A DNA stretch of 35,441 nt from Sphingomicrobium sp. Lineage in GTDB: Bacteria; Pseudomonadota; Alphaproteobacteria; Sphingomonadales; Sphingomonadaceae. The position numbers were made by a program, and so were the translations under genes. Below the pieces are notes generated by a model that saw nothing but the letters and a program-made list of their open reading frames with translations, was not told the origin of the DNA and made no database searches. The stretch covers positions 1-35,441 of the forward strand of contig DASUCP010000121.1 in NCBI GenBank assembly GCA_036275975.1, given 5' to 3'. Position 1 is the first letter of the stretch. Every line of letters starts with the position of its first letter. This document shows, piece by piece, positions 19,487-28,444 of this stretch.

Positions 19487-21230
19487 GGTTCTGCTCATTG
19501 CGTCTGCGGCCGCAGCGCTAGCGCTGCCGGCGGTCGCACAGCAGCTGGCGCAAACGCAGCCGCCGCCGGGCAATCAGAATCCGAACGCCGGGGCGACGCA
19601 GCCCGTTTCGACGGCGCCCTCGACCGCTGTCGACGAGACTTCCGGCGCGGCCGATGAAACGGCAGTCGAGCAAGTGAATCAGCTGAATCTTGCTCCGCCC
19701 ACGCCGCCGGTGGAATATCCGGGCTGGGCGCGGCGCGACCCTTGGGTCGTCGGCAAGCTGGATCCTGTGGCCGAGGGAATCGGCGCTGAGCCGTGGGGCA
19801 CCGCGAGCGGAGTCTTCCTGTCCACGCTGCTGAGGCGGATGGACACGCCGCTTGCGTCGCGGTGGGCGCACATCGCGCTTAGGGATGCGCTCCTCGCCAA
19901 GGCGCGCGCTCCGAACAACGTCAATCCGGTCGACTGGGTCGCCGAGCGCGCCTGGCTGCTGCTCCGCATGGGCGAGGCGGATGCAGCCCGGATGTTGGTC
20001 GCAGACGTCGACACCGACCGCTTCACGCCGAAGATGGTCCAGGTCGCCGTGCAGACCGCGCTGGCGAGCGCCGATCCTTCGGCGCTCTGCCCGCTCGAGG
20101 ACGGAATGCGGAAAGCCGACGCGCGAATTCGGCCGTTGGTGCAGGCGATGTGCTCGGCACTCGCGGGGGAGCCCGATACCGCGTCCGCGCAAATCGATGA
20201 CGCCCGCCGTCACGGCCGCATCGGCGGTATCGATCTCAACCTTGCCGAGAAGGTCGTCGGTGCAGCTGGCGGCGGCCGCGCAGCGACGATCGAGTGGGAT
20301 CCGGTCGATAGCCTGACGGCCTGGCGTTTCGGTCTGTCTCTCGGCACCGGCATGGTTCCCCCGGCCAGGCTAATCAATTCGTCATCGCCGCAGCTACGCG
20401 CGTTCGAGGCTCGCGCCCCACTGCTGACGCCGCAGCAGCGGCTCGATTCCGCCTTGATCGCGACCGGCCTCGGCGTCTTTTCCGCGCAGAGCCTGATCGA
20501 CCTTTATTCGTCGATCTACGACTCCACGGATGCGACCGACCTCGCCACAACAGATGCCTGGCAAGTTCGCCAGGCCTTTGTCGGCAAGGATGAGGAGACG
20601 CGCCTCGCCGCCATCCGGAGTCTGCTTGCGATCGGCAAAGACGGCTACCAGAAGGAAGCGGCGCGCGCACTCGCGGCGAGGGCGGCGACGCTCGTCACTC
20701 CTGACTCCAAGCTCGCGAAGGATGCGCCGGAGCTGATCTCCGCGATGCTCGCCGCCGGTTACGACCAAGCGGCAGCGCGCTGGACTTCGGCAATCGGCGG
20801 CATGGACGATGCGGACGCCGACCGCTGCTGGGCGATGCTGGCGCTCGCGAGCCCCAACATTTCTGATGTCGGTACGGGCCGGCTCTCCGCCTTCATCCGC
20901 CGGGACAAGAGCCCGCATGCGATCCGCAGCGCGCTTCTCGTCGCCGGCCTCGCGGGACTGGGCCGGATCAGCATCGACACGGCGAACTCGCTCAATCGCC
21001 GCTACGGCCTTGGCCTTGGCCGCTCGACAAGCTGGACCCGCATCATCGACTCGGCCGCAGCGCGCGGCCAGGCCGGCACCGTTCTCATCCTCACCGGAAC
21101 CGGCTTCCAGACGCCGAGCTTCGCCGAGCTTCCGGCGGCGCATATGTATCACGCCATCGGCAGTCTGAAGCGCACCGGGCAGGATTTCACGGCGCGAATG
21201 ATCGCGGCGGAGGCCCTGTCACGGACGTGA
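19476..21230 (+). CDS. Exported alpha-helical hypothetical protein
   Basis: Signal peptide, Pro/Gln linker, Ala-rich helical body with three Cys; lies upstream of xerD. Confidence 0.85.
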   Translation: MRTKVLLIASAAAALALPAVAQQLAQTQPPPGNQNPNAGATQPVSTAPSTAVDETSGAADETAVEQVNQLNLAPPTPPVEYPGWARRDPWVVGKLDPVAEGIGAEPWGTASGVFLSTLLRRMDTPLASRWAHIALRDALLAKARAPNNVNPVDWVAERAWLLLRMGEADAARMLVADVDTDRFTPKMVQVAVQTALASADPSALCPLEDGMRKADARIRPLVQAMCSALAGEPDTASAQIDDARRHGRIGGIDLNLAEKVVGAAGGGRAATIEWDPVDSLTAWRFGLSLGTGMVPPARLINSSSPQLRAFEARAPLLTPQQRLDSALIATGLGVFSAQSLIDLYSSIYDSTDATDLATTDAWQVRQAFVGKDEETRLAAIRSLLAIGKDGYQKEAARALAARAATLVTPDSKLAKDAPELISAMLAAGYDQAAARWTSAIGGMDDADADRCWAMLALASPNISDVGTGRLSAFIRRDKSPHAIRSALLVAGLAGLGRISIDTANSLNRRYGLGLGRSTSWTRIIDSAAARGQAGTVLILTGTGFQTPSFAELPAAHMYHAIGSLKRTGQDFTARMIAAEALSRT

Positions 21231-21251
21231 CACCCGAAATAGGCCACGGAC

Positions 21252-22136
21252 GTGAGGATTGAGGATCAGGCGCTCGTCGATCGCTTCCTCGACATGCTCG
21301 CTGCCGAAGCCGGCGCTTCAAAGCACACGCTGACTGCATATCGGAACGACCTGGCGCGTGCCGCCGAGGTTATTCGCTCGCTCGGCGACGCCTCGGCCGA
21401 CGACCTGTCGCAGCTGGGCCGCGCTTGGGCCGACCTTGCCCCATCCACGGTCGCGCGGCGTTCGGCGGCTTTGCGCCGGTTCTTCGGCTTCCTCCTCGAT
21501 GAAGGACTCCGCAAGGACGATCCGTCGAGTGCCCTTCCGCGGCCGCGCTTCGAACGTCCGTTGCCGCGGATCCTCGACGAGGACGAGGTCAAGCGCATGT
21601 TCGAGGCAGGCGAGAACCGGGCCGCAAGCGGCGAAGCGACGTCCGTGCGCAATCTCGCATTGCTCGAGCTGCTCTACGGATCGGGCCTTCGCGCAAGCGA
21701 GCTCGTGAGCCTGCCGCGTCGCGCGGTCCGTCCGAACCAGCCGTTCCTGATGGTGTTCGGCAAGGGCAGCAAGGAGCGGCTCGTCCCCATCTCTTCGCGC
21801 GCGCTGGCCGCGGTGGAGAAATGGCTCGAACACGTTCCGGCCGCTGCACTGTGGCTCTTCCCAAGCGGCAAGTCGCACCTCAGCCGCGTTCGCCTGTTCC
21901 AGATCGTGCGCCGAATGGCCGCGGACGCGGGGATTTCGCCGGATCGGGTCAGCCCGCACGTACTGCGACACGCGTTCGCCACGCACCTGCTGTCAGGTGG
22001 TGCAGACCTCCGCGTCCTGCAGTCGCTGCTCGGCCACGCCGATATCGCGACGACACAAATCTACACGCATGTCGACAGCGCGCGGCTGGTCGAGCTCGTC
22101 AACGCCCGCCACCCGCTCGCCACGCGCGGTCGTTGA
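21252..22136 (+). CDS. xerD: Tyrosine recombinase XerD
   Basis: LYGSGLRASE, GKGSKER, HVLRHAFATH, LGHADIATTQIYTH; aroK/xerD/accA context. Confidence 0.88.
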   Translation: MRIEDQALVDRFLDMLAAEAGASKHTLTAYRNDLARAAEVIRSLGDASADDLSQLGRAWADLAPSTVARRSAALRRFFGFLLDEGLRKDDPSSALPRPRFERPLPRILDEDEVKRMFEAGENRAASGEATSVRNLALLELLYGSGLRASELVSLPRRAVRPNQPFLMVFGKGSKERLVPISSRALAAVEKWLEHVPAAALWLFPSGKSHLSRVRLFQIVRRMAADAGISPDRVSPHVLRHAFATHLLSGGADLRVLQSLLGHADIATTQIYTHVDSARLVELVNARHPLATRGR

Positions 22137-22172
22137 CGCCTTGGCCAGCTTCGTCCTACCCCGCGCCCCCTG

Positions 22173-23117
22173 ATGCTGTCTTACCTCGACTTCGAAAAGC
22201 CGATCGCCGAGCTTGAAACGCGCGTTTCCGAATTGAAGGAGACGGCGAACAGCTCCGAGGACATCGATATCGAGGCCGAGGTCAGCCGCCTCGAAGCCAA
22301 GTCCTCGAAGCTGCTGCGTGATACTTATGCGAAGCTCACCCCGTGGCAGAAGGCGCAGGTCGCCCGTCACCCGGATCGGCCGCATTTTAAGGATTACGTC
22401 GCCGGCTTGGCGGACGATTTCCTGCCCCTCGCCGGCGATCGCTCATTTGCCGATGATCCTGCCATCGTCGGAGGCTTTGCTCGGATCGATGGACGGCGCG
22501 TGATGCTGCTCGGGCACGAGAAAGGCGACGACACTGCGTCGAGACTCAAGCACAATTTCGGGATGGCCAAGCCGGAAGGCTATCGCAAGGCCATCCGCCT
22601 GATGCGCCTCGCCGACAAGTTCGGGGTTCCCGTCGTTACGTTGGTAGATACGCCCGGTGCGTTCCCCGGAGTCCAGGCGGAGGAGCGCGGCCAGGCAGAA
22701 GCCATCGCCCGCTCGACGGAGGAATGCCTGTCGCTCAAGATTCCCATGATCGCCGTGATCGTGGGCGAGGGCGGCTCGGGTGGCGCGGTCGCCATCGCAT
22801 CGGCGAACCGGGTGCTCATGTTCGAACATGCGGTCTATTCCGTCATCTCTCCGGAAGGGTGCGCCTCGATCCTGTGGCGCACGGCCGACAAGGCCGCCGA
22901 GGCTGCCGAGGCGATGAAGATCACCGCCGCAGATCTTCAGGCGCTAGGCGTCATCGATCGCGTCATCAACGAGCCGCTCGGCGGTGCCCACCGCGACCCC
23001 GACGCTGCGATCGGGGCGCTCAAGGGCGCGCTGGTCGAGGAGTTGGACGGCTGTAGCAAGCTCGGCCCCGACGAGCTTCGCAAGCAGCGCCGCGCGAAGT
23101 ACCTCGCGATCGGCTGA
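22173..23117 (+). CDS. accA: Acetyl-CoA carboxylase carboxyltransferase alpha subunit
   Basis: [41 protein letters not shown]. Confidence 0.97.
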   Translation: MLSYLDFEKPIAELETRVSELKETANSSEDIDIEAEVSRLEAKSSKLLRDTYAKLTPWQKAQVARHPDRPHFKDYVAGLADDFLPLAGDRSFADDPAIVGGFARIDGRRVMLLGHEKGDDTASRLKHNFGMAKPEGYRKAIRLMRLADKFGVPVVTLVDTPGAFPGVQAEERGQAEAIARSTEECLSLKIPMIAVIVGEGGSGGAVAIASANRVLMFEHAVYSVISPEGCASILWRTADKAAEAAEAMKITAADLQALGVIDRVINEPLGGAHRDPDAAIGALKGALVEELDGCSKLGPDELRKQRRAKYLAIG

Positions 23118-23126
23118 ACCGGCGCA

Positions 23127-23152
23127 GGAACCTGCGCCAGTCATTCTCCGTT
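23127..23152 (+). promoter_or_regulatory. EcfG (general stress sigma)-type promoter GGAAC-N17-CGTT
   Basis: Exact motif 48 nt upstream of the M48 protease start. Confidence 0.55.
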
Positions 23153-23200
23153 CAAATTGACGCTGCATTTTTCGGTGCCCAAACGGAGGTCACGGGTCGC

Positions 23201-24649
23201 ATGCGAAGAACCGTCCTGTTGTTCTGCACCGTCGCGCTTGCGGTCGCTCCAGCCGCGGCGCAGCGGATGCGCTATCTCAGTCCCCAGGACGTCGCCGAGG
23301 CGCAGCGCGAAAATACCCAGGTCGTCGAGGAAATGGGCGGTGCCGAAACGGGACCGCGGGCTGCCTACGTCGCATCGATCGGCCACCGGGTCGCCAATTT
23401 CTCGGGCGTCGCGAGCCCCGGACAGGCCTTTCACTTCGTCACGCTGAACTCGGCGGTCGAGAACGCTTTCTCGGTGCCGGGCGGCTACGTCTACATCACC
23501 CGCCAGTTGATGGCCCTGATGGGGGATGAGTCCCAGCTCGCTTTTGCGCTCGGGCACGAAGTCGGGCACGTCGCCGCCAATCACGCGCACATCCGGGAGC
23601 AATATGCCGAGCGCAATCCGCTCGGGATGTTCGGCCAGATCGTGGGGGCGATTTTCGGTCCGGGCGCCGTTACGAACATTCTTCTGCAGGCCAAGCTGGA
23701 CCAGCTGAGCTTCTCGCGCGAACAGGAATATGAGGCCGACACGCTCGGCCTTCGCTACATGATTGCGGCGGGGTACGACCCTGCCGGCGCGGCTCAGCTG
23801 CTCGCCGCCTTGAGCCGCGAGACGGCGCTGCAGGCGCGCGTGCAGGGGCGCACCAATCGCCAGACGCCGGAGTGGGCCAGCACTCACCCGCTGAGCGAAA
23901 ACCGGATGCAACGTGCGCTGGAGGAGGCTCGCGCCACAGGCAAGCTCGGAACCGGGGTGCACGACCGCGACACTTACCTAAACGAGATCGAAGGGCTCTA
24001 CGTCGATGACGATCCGGCCCAGGGCGTGATCGACGGTCCGACTTTCACCCATCCGGATCTTCGGATCCAGTTCACTGTGCCTGCCGGCTATTTGATGTCG
24101 AACGGCGCTTATGCCGTGACGATCTCGGGCTCTGCCGGGAAAGCGCAGTTCAGTGGCGGGCGCTATTCAGGCACGCTCGACAATTACATCATCGAAGTCT
24201 TGCGGCTGCTGACGCGCGGACAAGTCCAGCTCGCGATTCCGCGGCCGCAGCGCACGGCCATCAATGGCATGCAGGCCGAGTACACGACCACGCGGCTCAA
24301 TACGAATTCCGGCATCATCGACCTGAGCGTCGTCGCCTATCAATGGGATCCGCAGCACGTCTATCACTTCGTGATGCTGGCGCCCGGTGGATACGGGATT
24401 GCCCCATTCGCTCCGATGGTGAACTCGCTGCGCAAGATCACGCCGCAGGAGGCTGCTGCGATTCGTCCGCGCGTGATCCATGTGGTCACGGTCGCTCAGG
24501 GCGACACGATTCAATCGCTTGCGAGCCGGATGGCGTATCGCGATTTCAAGGTTGAGCGGTTCACCGCGCTGAACGGCATAAGCGCCAACAGTCAGTTGGC
24601 GCCGGGCCAAAAAGTCAAGCTGGTCGTTTTCGGGCCACGGCGAAGCTGA
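23201..24649 (+). CDS. Exported M48 metalloprotease with C-terminal LysM-like domain
   Basis: Signal peptide, NAFSVPGG, HEVGH, SREQEYEAD, STHP; VTVAQGDTIQSLA...GQKVK. Confidence 0.92.
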   Translation: MRRTVLLFCTVALAVAPAAAQRMRYLSPQDVAEAQRENTQVVEEMGGAETGPRAAYVASIGHRVANFSGVASPGQAFHFVTLNSAVENAFSVPGGYVYITRQLMALMGDESQLAFALGHEVGHVAANHAHIREQYAERNPLGMFGQIVGAIFGPGAVTNILLQAKLDQLSFSREQEYEADTLGLRYMIAAGYDPAGAAQLLAALSRETALQARVQGRTNRQTPEWASTHPLSENRMQRALEEARATGKLGTGVHDRDTYLNEIEGLYVDDDPAQGVIDGPTFTHPDLRIQFTVPAGYLMSNGAYAVTISGSAGKAQFSGGRYSGTLDNYIIEVLRLLTRGQVQLAIPRPQRTAINGMQAEYTTTRLNTNSGIIDLSVVAYQWDPQHVYHFVMLAPGGYGIAPFAPMVNSLRKITPQEAAAIRPRVIHVVTVAQGDTIQSLASRMAYRDFKVERFTALNGISANSQLAPGQKVKLVVFGPRRS

Positions 24650-24670
24650 GCGCCAAAAAAAAGGCGCTCA
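24647..24670. terminator. Inverted repeat between convergent genes (possible bidirectional terminator)
   Basis: TGAGCGCC-A8-GGCGCTCA. Confidence 0.45.
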
Positions 24671-24853
24671 ATGCATGTAGGTGTTCATGTTCGACAGGAG
24701 CTTGCCCCACATGCCGCCCACGCCGCCGCCGAGCGACTCCATGCCGCCGATTGCCGCAACGGCAATCAAGGCACAGATCAACCCATATTCGATCGCAGTG
24801 GCCCCGCGCTCATTGGCGCCGAGCATGCGCAATTGTGTTCGGATAGCGTCCAC
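24668..24853 (-). CDS. flp: Flp/PilA type IVc (Tad) pilin
   Basis: G|ATAIEYGLI prepilin motif; GAGGAGG SD before GTG. Confidence 0.92.
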   Translation of the reverse strand: MDAIRTQLRMLGANERGATAIEYGLICALIAVAAIGGMESLGGGVGGMWGKLLSNMNTYMH

Positions 24854-24939
24854 GCCACCCTCCTCTGGTCCACGTCCACGCGGCAGGTTTAGCCGTGGCT
24901 CGGTTAACAACTTCTCCAGCAGCTAGAGTTAACGCCGCA

Positions 24940-25716
24940 TCAGCCGTGCTTCGGTGTCCACGCCGCGAAGTGCAGGATCTCGAAAGTCTCGATCGTGCGC
25001 TCGCCGTCCCCGGCGTTTGTAAAAGTCTGAAATGCAGCCTCGCGGCCGGTTCGGCTGAGCGGTTCGGCCCTTGAGCAAAGAATGTTTGTTGCCGCCATCG
25101 CCCGCAAGTCGCTGACAAGACGGTCGAGCGACGAGTAGGAAACCTGAACGCGCTCGATATCGACCACAGGCGTGATAAACCCTGCATCCGCCAGTAGTGG
25201 CGAAACTGCCGCGGCCTCTATGCGTGGATGGACGTGGGGTGCGGCAATGCCGCGCACTGCGTCGGCGGCGCGCATCGCCGCCCGCAGCTGCGGCAAGGTC
25301 TCGCCGCCGGAAATCGCACCAATGAACAAGCCGTCGTTGCGCATCGCATGGCGGATCAATCGCAGCGCGAGAGGGAGGTCGTTCACGCTGTCGAGCGTGC
25401 CGATTGCAAGCACGAGATCGTAGCTTTCGGCCTCTGGCATCCAGCAATCTTCGACGATGGTTTCTCCACTGGCAGCCGCGGCAAAGAGAGCGCCGGGATC
25501 GCGAACCTCCACATTCGGGGCAAGCGACCGCAGGCGGTCGGGCCAGCACGTGTCGGGGCAACCGATGAGAAGCGCGCGTTCGAATCGGCGCTGGACGAGC
25601 TCGATCCGCTCGACGCAATCGTCGAACACACGGTCGAACAAGAACAGCTCCGGACCCACGCGCGCGGCGCGGTCACGCCTCAGCGCTCTAAGCTCGATGT
25701 CAAACAGGACAGGCAC
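24940..25716 (-). CDS. SAM-methyltransferase-fold protein (BioC/NDUFAF5-like)
   Basis: RRDRA, VNDLP, GGETLPQLR, PHVHP, AGF.TPVVD, DLRAM; divergent from comF; start inferred. Confidence 0.85.
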   Translation of the reverse strand: MPVLFDIELRALRRDRAARVGPELFLFDRVFDDCVERIELVQRRFERALLIGCPDTCWPDRLRSLAPNVEVRDPGALFAAAASGETIVEDCWMPEAESYDLVLAIGTLDSVNDLPLALRLIRHAMRNDGLFIGAISGGETLPQLRAAMRAADAVRGIAAPHVHPRIEAAAVSPLLADAGFITPVVDIERVQVSYSSLDRLVSDLRAMAATNILCSRAEPLSRTGREAAFQTFTNAGDGERTIETFEILHFAAWTPKHG

Positions 25717-25759
25717 GGTCGCGCTTGTGCGATGGCGCGCGCCACGCGACAAGAAGGGG

Positions 25760-26503
25760 ATGGGGAGGCGTGCTGCGGCATGGATGCGCGCTTGCGCGAG
25801 ATCGGCGCTCAATTTTGCGCTGCCCCCGCGCTGCGCCGGCTGCGGCACGATTGTCGGCGATGTACACAGCTTCTGTTCCGACTGCTGGAAGCAGATCGAG
25901 TTCCTCGGCGATTCCGGCTGCTCGACCTGCGGAATGCCGCTCCACGCAACCTATGAGAGGACGTGTGGGGCGTGCCTCGCCAAGCCGCCGCGCATTGAAC
26001 GAACCCGCGCAGCCGTCGCCTATGACGAACTTTCGCGCAGTCTGGCCATTCGTCTGAAATACGGGCGCAAGGTGGCGCTTGCGCGGACTATGGCGCACTA
26101 CATGGCGCCCCTCGTATCCCGGTCGAGCGATGCGATCCTTGTGCCCGTGCCATTGCATCGCATCCGTCTGTGGAGCCGCGGCTTCAACCAGTCTGCGCTG
26201 GTCGCCCGGGAGCTTGGGCGCCGCCTGAACCTCAGAAGCGCGCCAATGGCGCTCCGCCGCATCCGGCGCACTCCCCCGCTCAAGGGCATGAGCCCGATTC
26301 AGCGGCGAAAGATCGTCGCCGGCGCTTTCCGCATCACGGATAAGGAGGCGATTGCCGGCAAGACGGTGATCCTCGTCGACGACGTGCTCACCACCGGCAG
26401 CACCGCAGAAGCCTGTGCCCGCGCGCTGAAACGCGCCGGGGCAACGCGGGTCGAGCTTGTCAGCTGGGCTCGCGTGGTGAAACCTTCGCAATTGATGCGT
26501 TGA
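25760..26503 (+). CDS. comF: ComF family protein (zinc ribbon plus PRTase)
   Basis: Four CxxC motifs, PVPLH, RGFNQS, LVDDVLTTGST. Confidence 0.93.
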   Translation: MGRRAAAWMRACARSALNFALPPRCAGCGTIVGDVHSFCSDCWKQIEFLGDSGCSTCGMPLHATYERTCGACLAKPPRIERTRAAVAYDELSRSLAIRLKYGRKVALARTMAHYMAPLVSRSSDAILVPVPLHRIRLWSRGFNQSALVARELGRRLNLRSAPMALRRIRRTPPLKGMSPIQRRKIVAGAFRITDKEAIAGKTVILVDDVLTTGSTAEACARALKRAGATRVELVSWARVVKPSQLMR

Positions 26504-26540
26504 GGATACTGCCTAAGTATTCGCGTGAAGGAAGCGTGGC

Positions 26541-26795
26541 GTGACGATTGAGATCTATACGAAGGCGTTCTGTCCCTATTGCTGGCGAGCGAAGGAGCTG
26601 CTCAGCAGCAAGGGCGTCGATTATCATGAGGTAGCAGTCGATTTCGGTGGTGAGGCGAAACAGCTGATGGTGCAGCGCGCGAACGGCCGGACAACGGTCC
26701 CACAGATTTTCATCAAGGGTCAGCACGTCGGCGGCTGCGACGATCTCATGGCGCTGGAGCGCGCGGGCAAGCTGGATGATATGATCGGGCGATGA
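26541..26795 (+). CDS. grxC: Glutaredoxin 3
   Basis: CPYC, TVPQIF, GGCDD. Confidence 0.95.
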   Translation: MTIEIYTKAFCPYCWRAKELLSSKGVDYHEVAVDFGGEAKQLMVQRANGRTTVPQIFIKGQHVGGCDDLMALERAGKLDDMIGR

Positions 26796-27619
26796 CGCGG
26801 ATCGCGCTCTTCCAGTCGAATACGGGGATCGACCCGACGGCCAATGCGAGCGCGCTCGAAGACGCGATCCGCCAGGCTGCCGAGGGGGACGCAGAGATGC
26901 TGTTCACACCCGAGATGTCGGGAATCCTCGACCGCGATTCCGGTCGCGCGGCTAAGAACCTCTGCACCGAGGACGAGGACAAAGTGCTCGCTGCGTGTCG
27001 TGAGGCGGCGAAGCGGCATAATATCTGGCTGCACATTGGCTCGCTCGCGGTGCTCGTCGGGGGCGGCAAGGTCGCGAACCGCGGGTTCGTGATCGACCGC
27101 GAGGGCAACATTCGCGCGCGGTACGACAAGCTCCACCTGTTCGACGTGGACCTGCCCACCGGCGAGAGCTGGCGCGAGTCCAACGTCTATTCGGCGGGGG
27201 AGGGGGTCGTCCTCGTGAACGGCACGCCGATCGGGAAGCTCGGCCTTACCATCTGCTACGACCTGCGCTTTCCCGGGCTTTTTGCCCGGCTCGCCGAGGC
27301 CGATGCCGACGTCATTTCCGTCCCCGCGGCATTCACGGTGCCGACGGGGCGTGCGCATTGGCACGTGCTGTTGCGTGCCAGGGCAATCGAAGCGGGCCTG
27401 TTCGTGGTCGCCGCGGCGCAGGTCGGCCGACATGAGGACGGGCGCCAGACCTTCGGCCACTCACTGGTCATCGACCCGTGGGGCGAAGTCCTGCTCGACA
27501 TGGGCGAGGACAAGGGCGTGAGATTTGCCGACATCGACCTGGCCCGGATCTCCGACGTCCGCTCGCGCATACCGGCGCTTAACCACCGCCGCCCTATCCC
27601 GGACGCGGTGACTCTATGA
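26792..27619 (+). CDS. Carbon-nitrogen hydrolase (Nit1/deaminated glutathione amidase-like)
   Basis: FTPE, YDKLHLFDV, ICYDLRFP triad motifs; PAAFTVPTG. Confidence 0.92.
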   Translation: MTRIALFQSNTGIDPTANASALEDAIRQAAEGDAEMLFTPEMSGILDRDSGRAAKNLCTEDEDKVLAACREAAKRHNIWLHIGSLAVLVGGGKVANRGFVIDREGNIRARYDKLHLFDVDLPTGESWRESNVYSAGEGVVLVNGTPIGKLGLTICYDLRFPGLFARLAEADADVISVPAAFTVPTGRAHWHVLLRARAIEAGLFVVAAAQVGRHEDGRQTFGHSLVIDPWGEVLLDMGEDKGVRFADIDLARISDVRSRIPALNHRRPIPDAVTL

Positions 27620-28014
27620 TCGTGTTCGATCTTCAATGTCGCGACGGCGGCGAGACGTTCGAGGCCTGGTTCCGTTCCAATGCCGACTATGAGGAGCAGC
27701 GGGAAGGCGGCCTCGTACAATGCCCCTTCTGCCAGTCCGGGAACGTAGAGAAAGCTCCGATGGCGCCGAGCGTCCCGAAGAAAGGCGACAATGCGCTCGC
27801 TCGTCTTGCGGCGATGCAGGCGGAGCTGCTCAAGGAGTCGCGTTGGGTCGGGGACAAGTTCACCGACACCGCACGCGCGATGCACAGCGGAGATATCGCT
27901 CCGGCGCAGGTCCACGGCAGCGCCACTCTCGCCCAAGCTAAATCGCTGGCCGAAGACGGCATTCCCGTCGCGCCGCTGCCGCTCCCGGTCACGCCGCCCA
28001 ACGAGGTCAATTGA
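27616..28014 (+). CDS. DUF1178 family protein
   Basis: MIVFDLQC..FEAWF..CPFC..KAPMAP..F...ARAMH.G. Confidence 0.88.
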   Translation: MIVFDLQCRDGGETFEAWFRSNADYEEQREGGLVQCPFCQSGNVEKAPMAPSVPKKGDNALARLAAMQAELLKESRWVGDKFTDTARAMHSGDIAPAQVHGSATLAQAKSLAEDGIPVAPLPLPVTPPNEVN

Positions 28015-28024
28015 AGCCAGTCAA

Positions 28025-28053
28025 TTGATTGGCGAGGCGCGTGCCCCTATTCG
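28025..28053 (+). promoter_or_regulatory. Probable sigma70 promoter of the tRNA (TTGATT-N17-TATTCG)
   Basis: Correct spacing, 9 nt upstream of the tRNA. Confidence 0.5.
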
Positions 28054-28062
28054 CCGCTCAAC

Positions 28063-28139
28063 GACCCCGTAGCTCAGCAGGATAGAGCGACAGATTCCTA
28101 ATCTGTAGGCCACAGGTTCGAATCCTGTCGGGGTCGCCA
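28063..28139 (+). tRNA. tRNA-Arg(CCT)
   Basis: GACCCCG/CGGGGTC acceptor stem, ACAGA-TTCCTAA-TCTGT anticodon arm, GGTTCGAATCC, encoded CCA. Confidence 0.97.
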
Positions 28140-28156
28140 GAACGGGAGCAAAGGCG

Positions 28157-28444
28157 ATGGCCACGAACCAGTCCGACGCGCGGAGCGGCCAGCAAGGCGT
28201 CGTGAATCGGCTCTTCCTCGAGCATCCGCGCTCGCTTGGAATGACGTGGGTGGACCACGGCGCTGGCGCGGTGAAGATTGGAACCGAGCTCCTCGGAGCC
28301 GGCTGCGCAGCGCTCGTTCACGCCGCCGTCCCCGGCTTGTTCACGGAAACGGCAGGCAAGACGGTCGCGCGCATTTACGACCACATCCAAAGCCGCAAGG
28401 CAGGCGCGCCCAATCCGGAGAATTGGCCCGATTATGAAATCTGA
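28157..28444 (+). CDS. DUF6356-like small protein
   Basis: F.EHP.S.G.TW..H...A...ALVHA.VPGLF pattern; GGGAG SD. Confidence 0.8.
   Translation: MATNQSDARSGQQGVVNRLFLEHPRSLGMTWVDHGAGAVKIGTELLGAGCAALVHAAVPGLFTETAGKTVARIYDHIQSRKAGAPNPENWPDYEI

Noticed and set aside
21252-22136. Tyrosine recombinase as a phage or island integrase
   Set aside because: XerD size, motifs and housekeeping context; no mobile genes or att sites nearby
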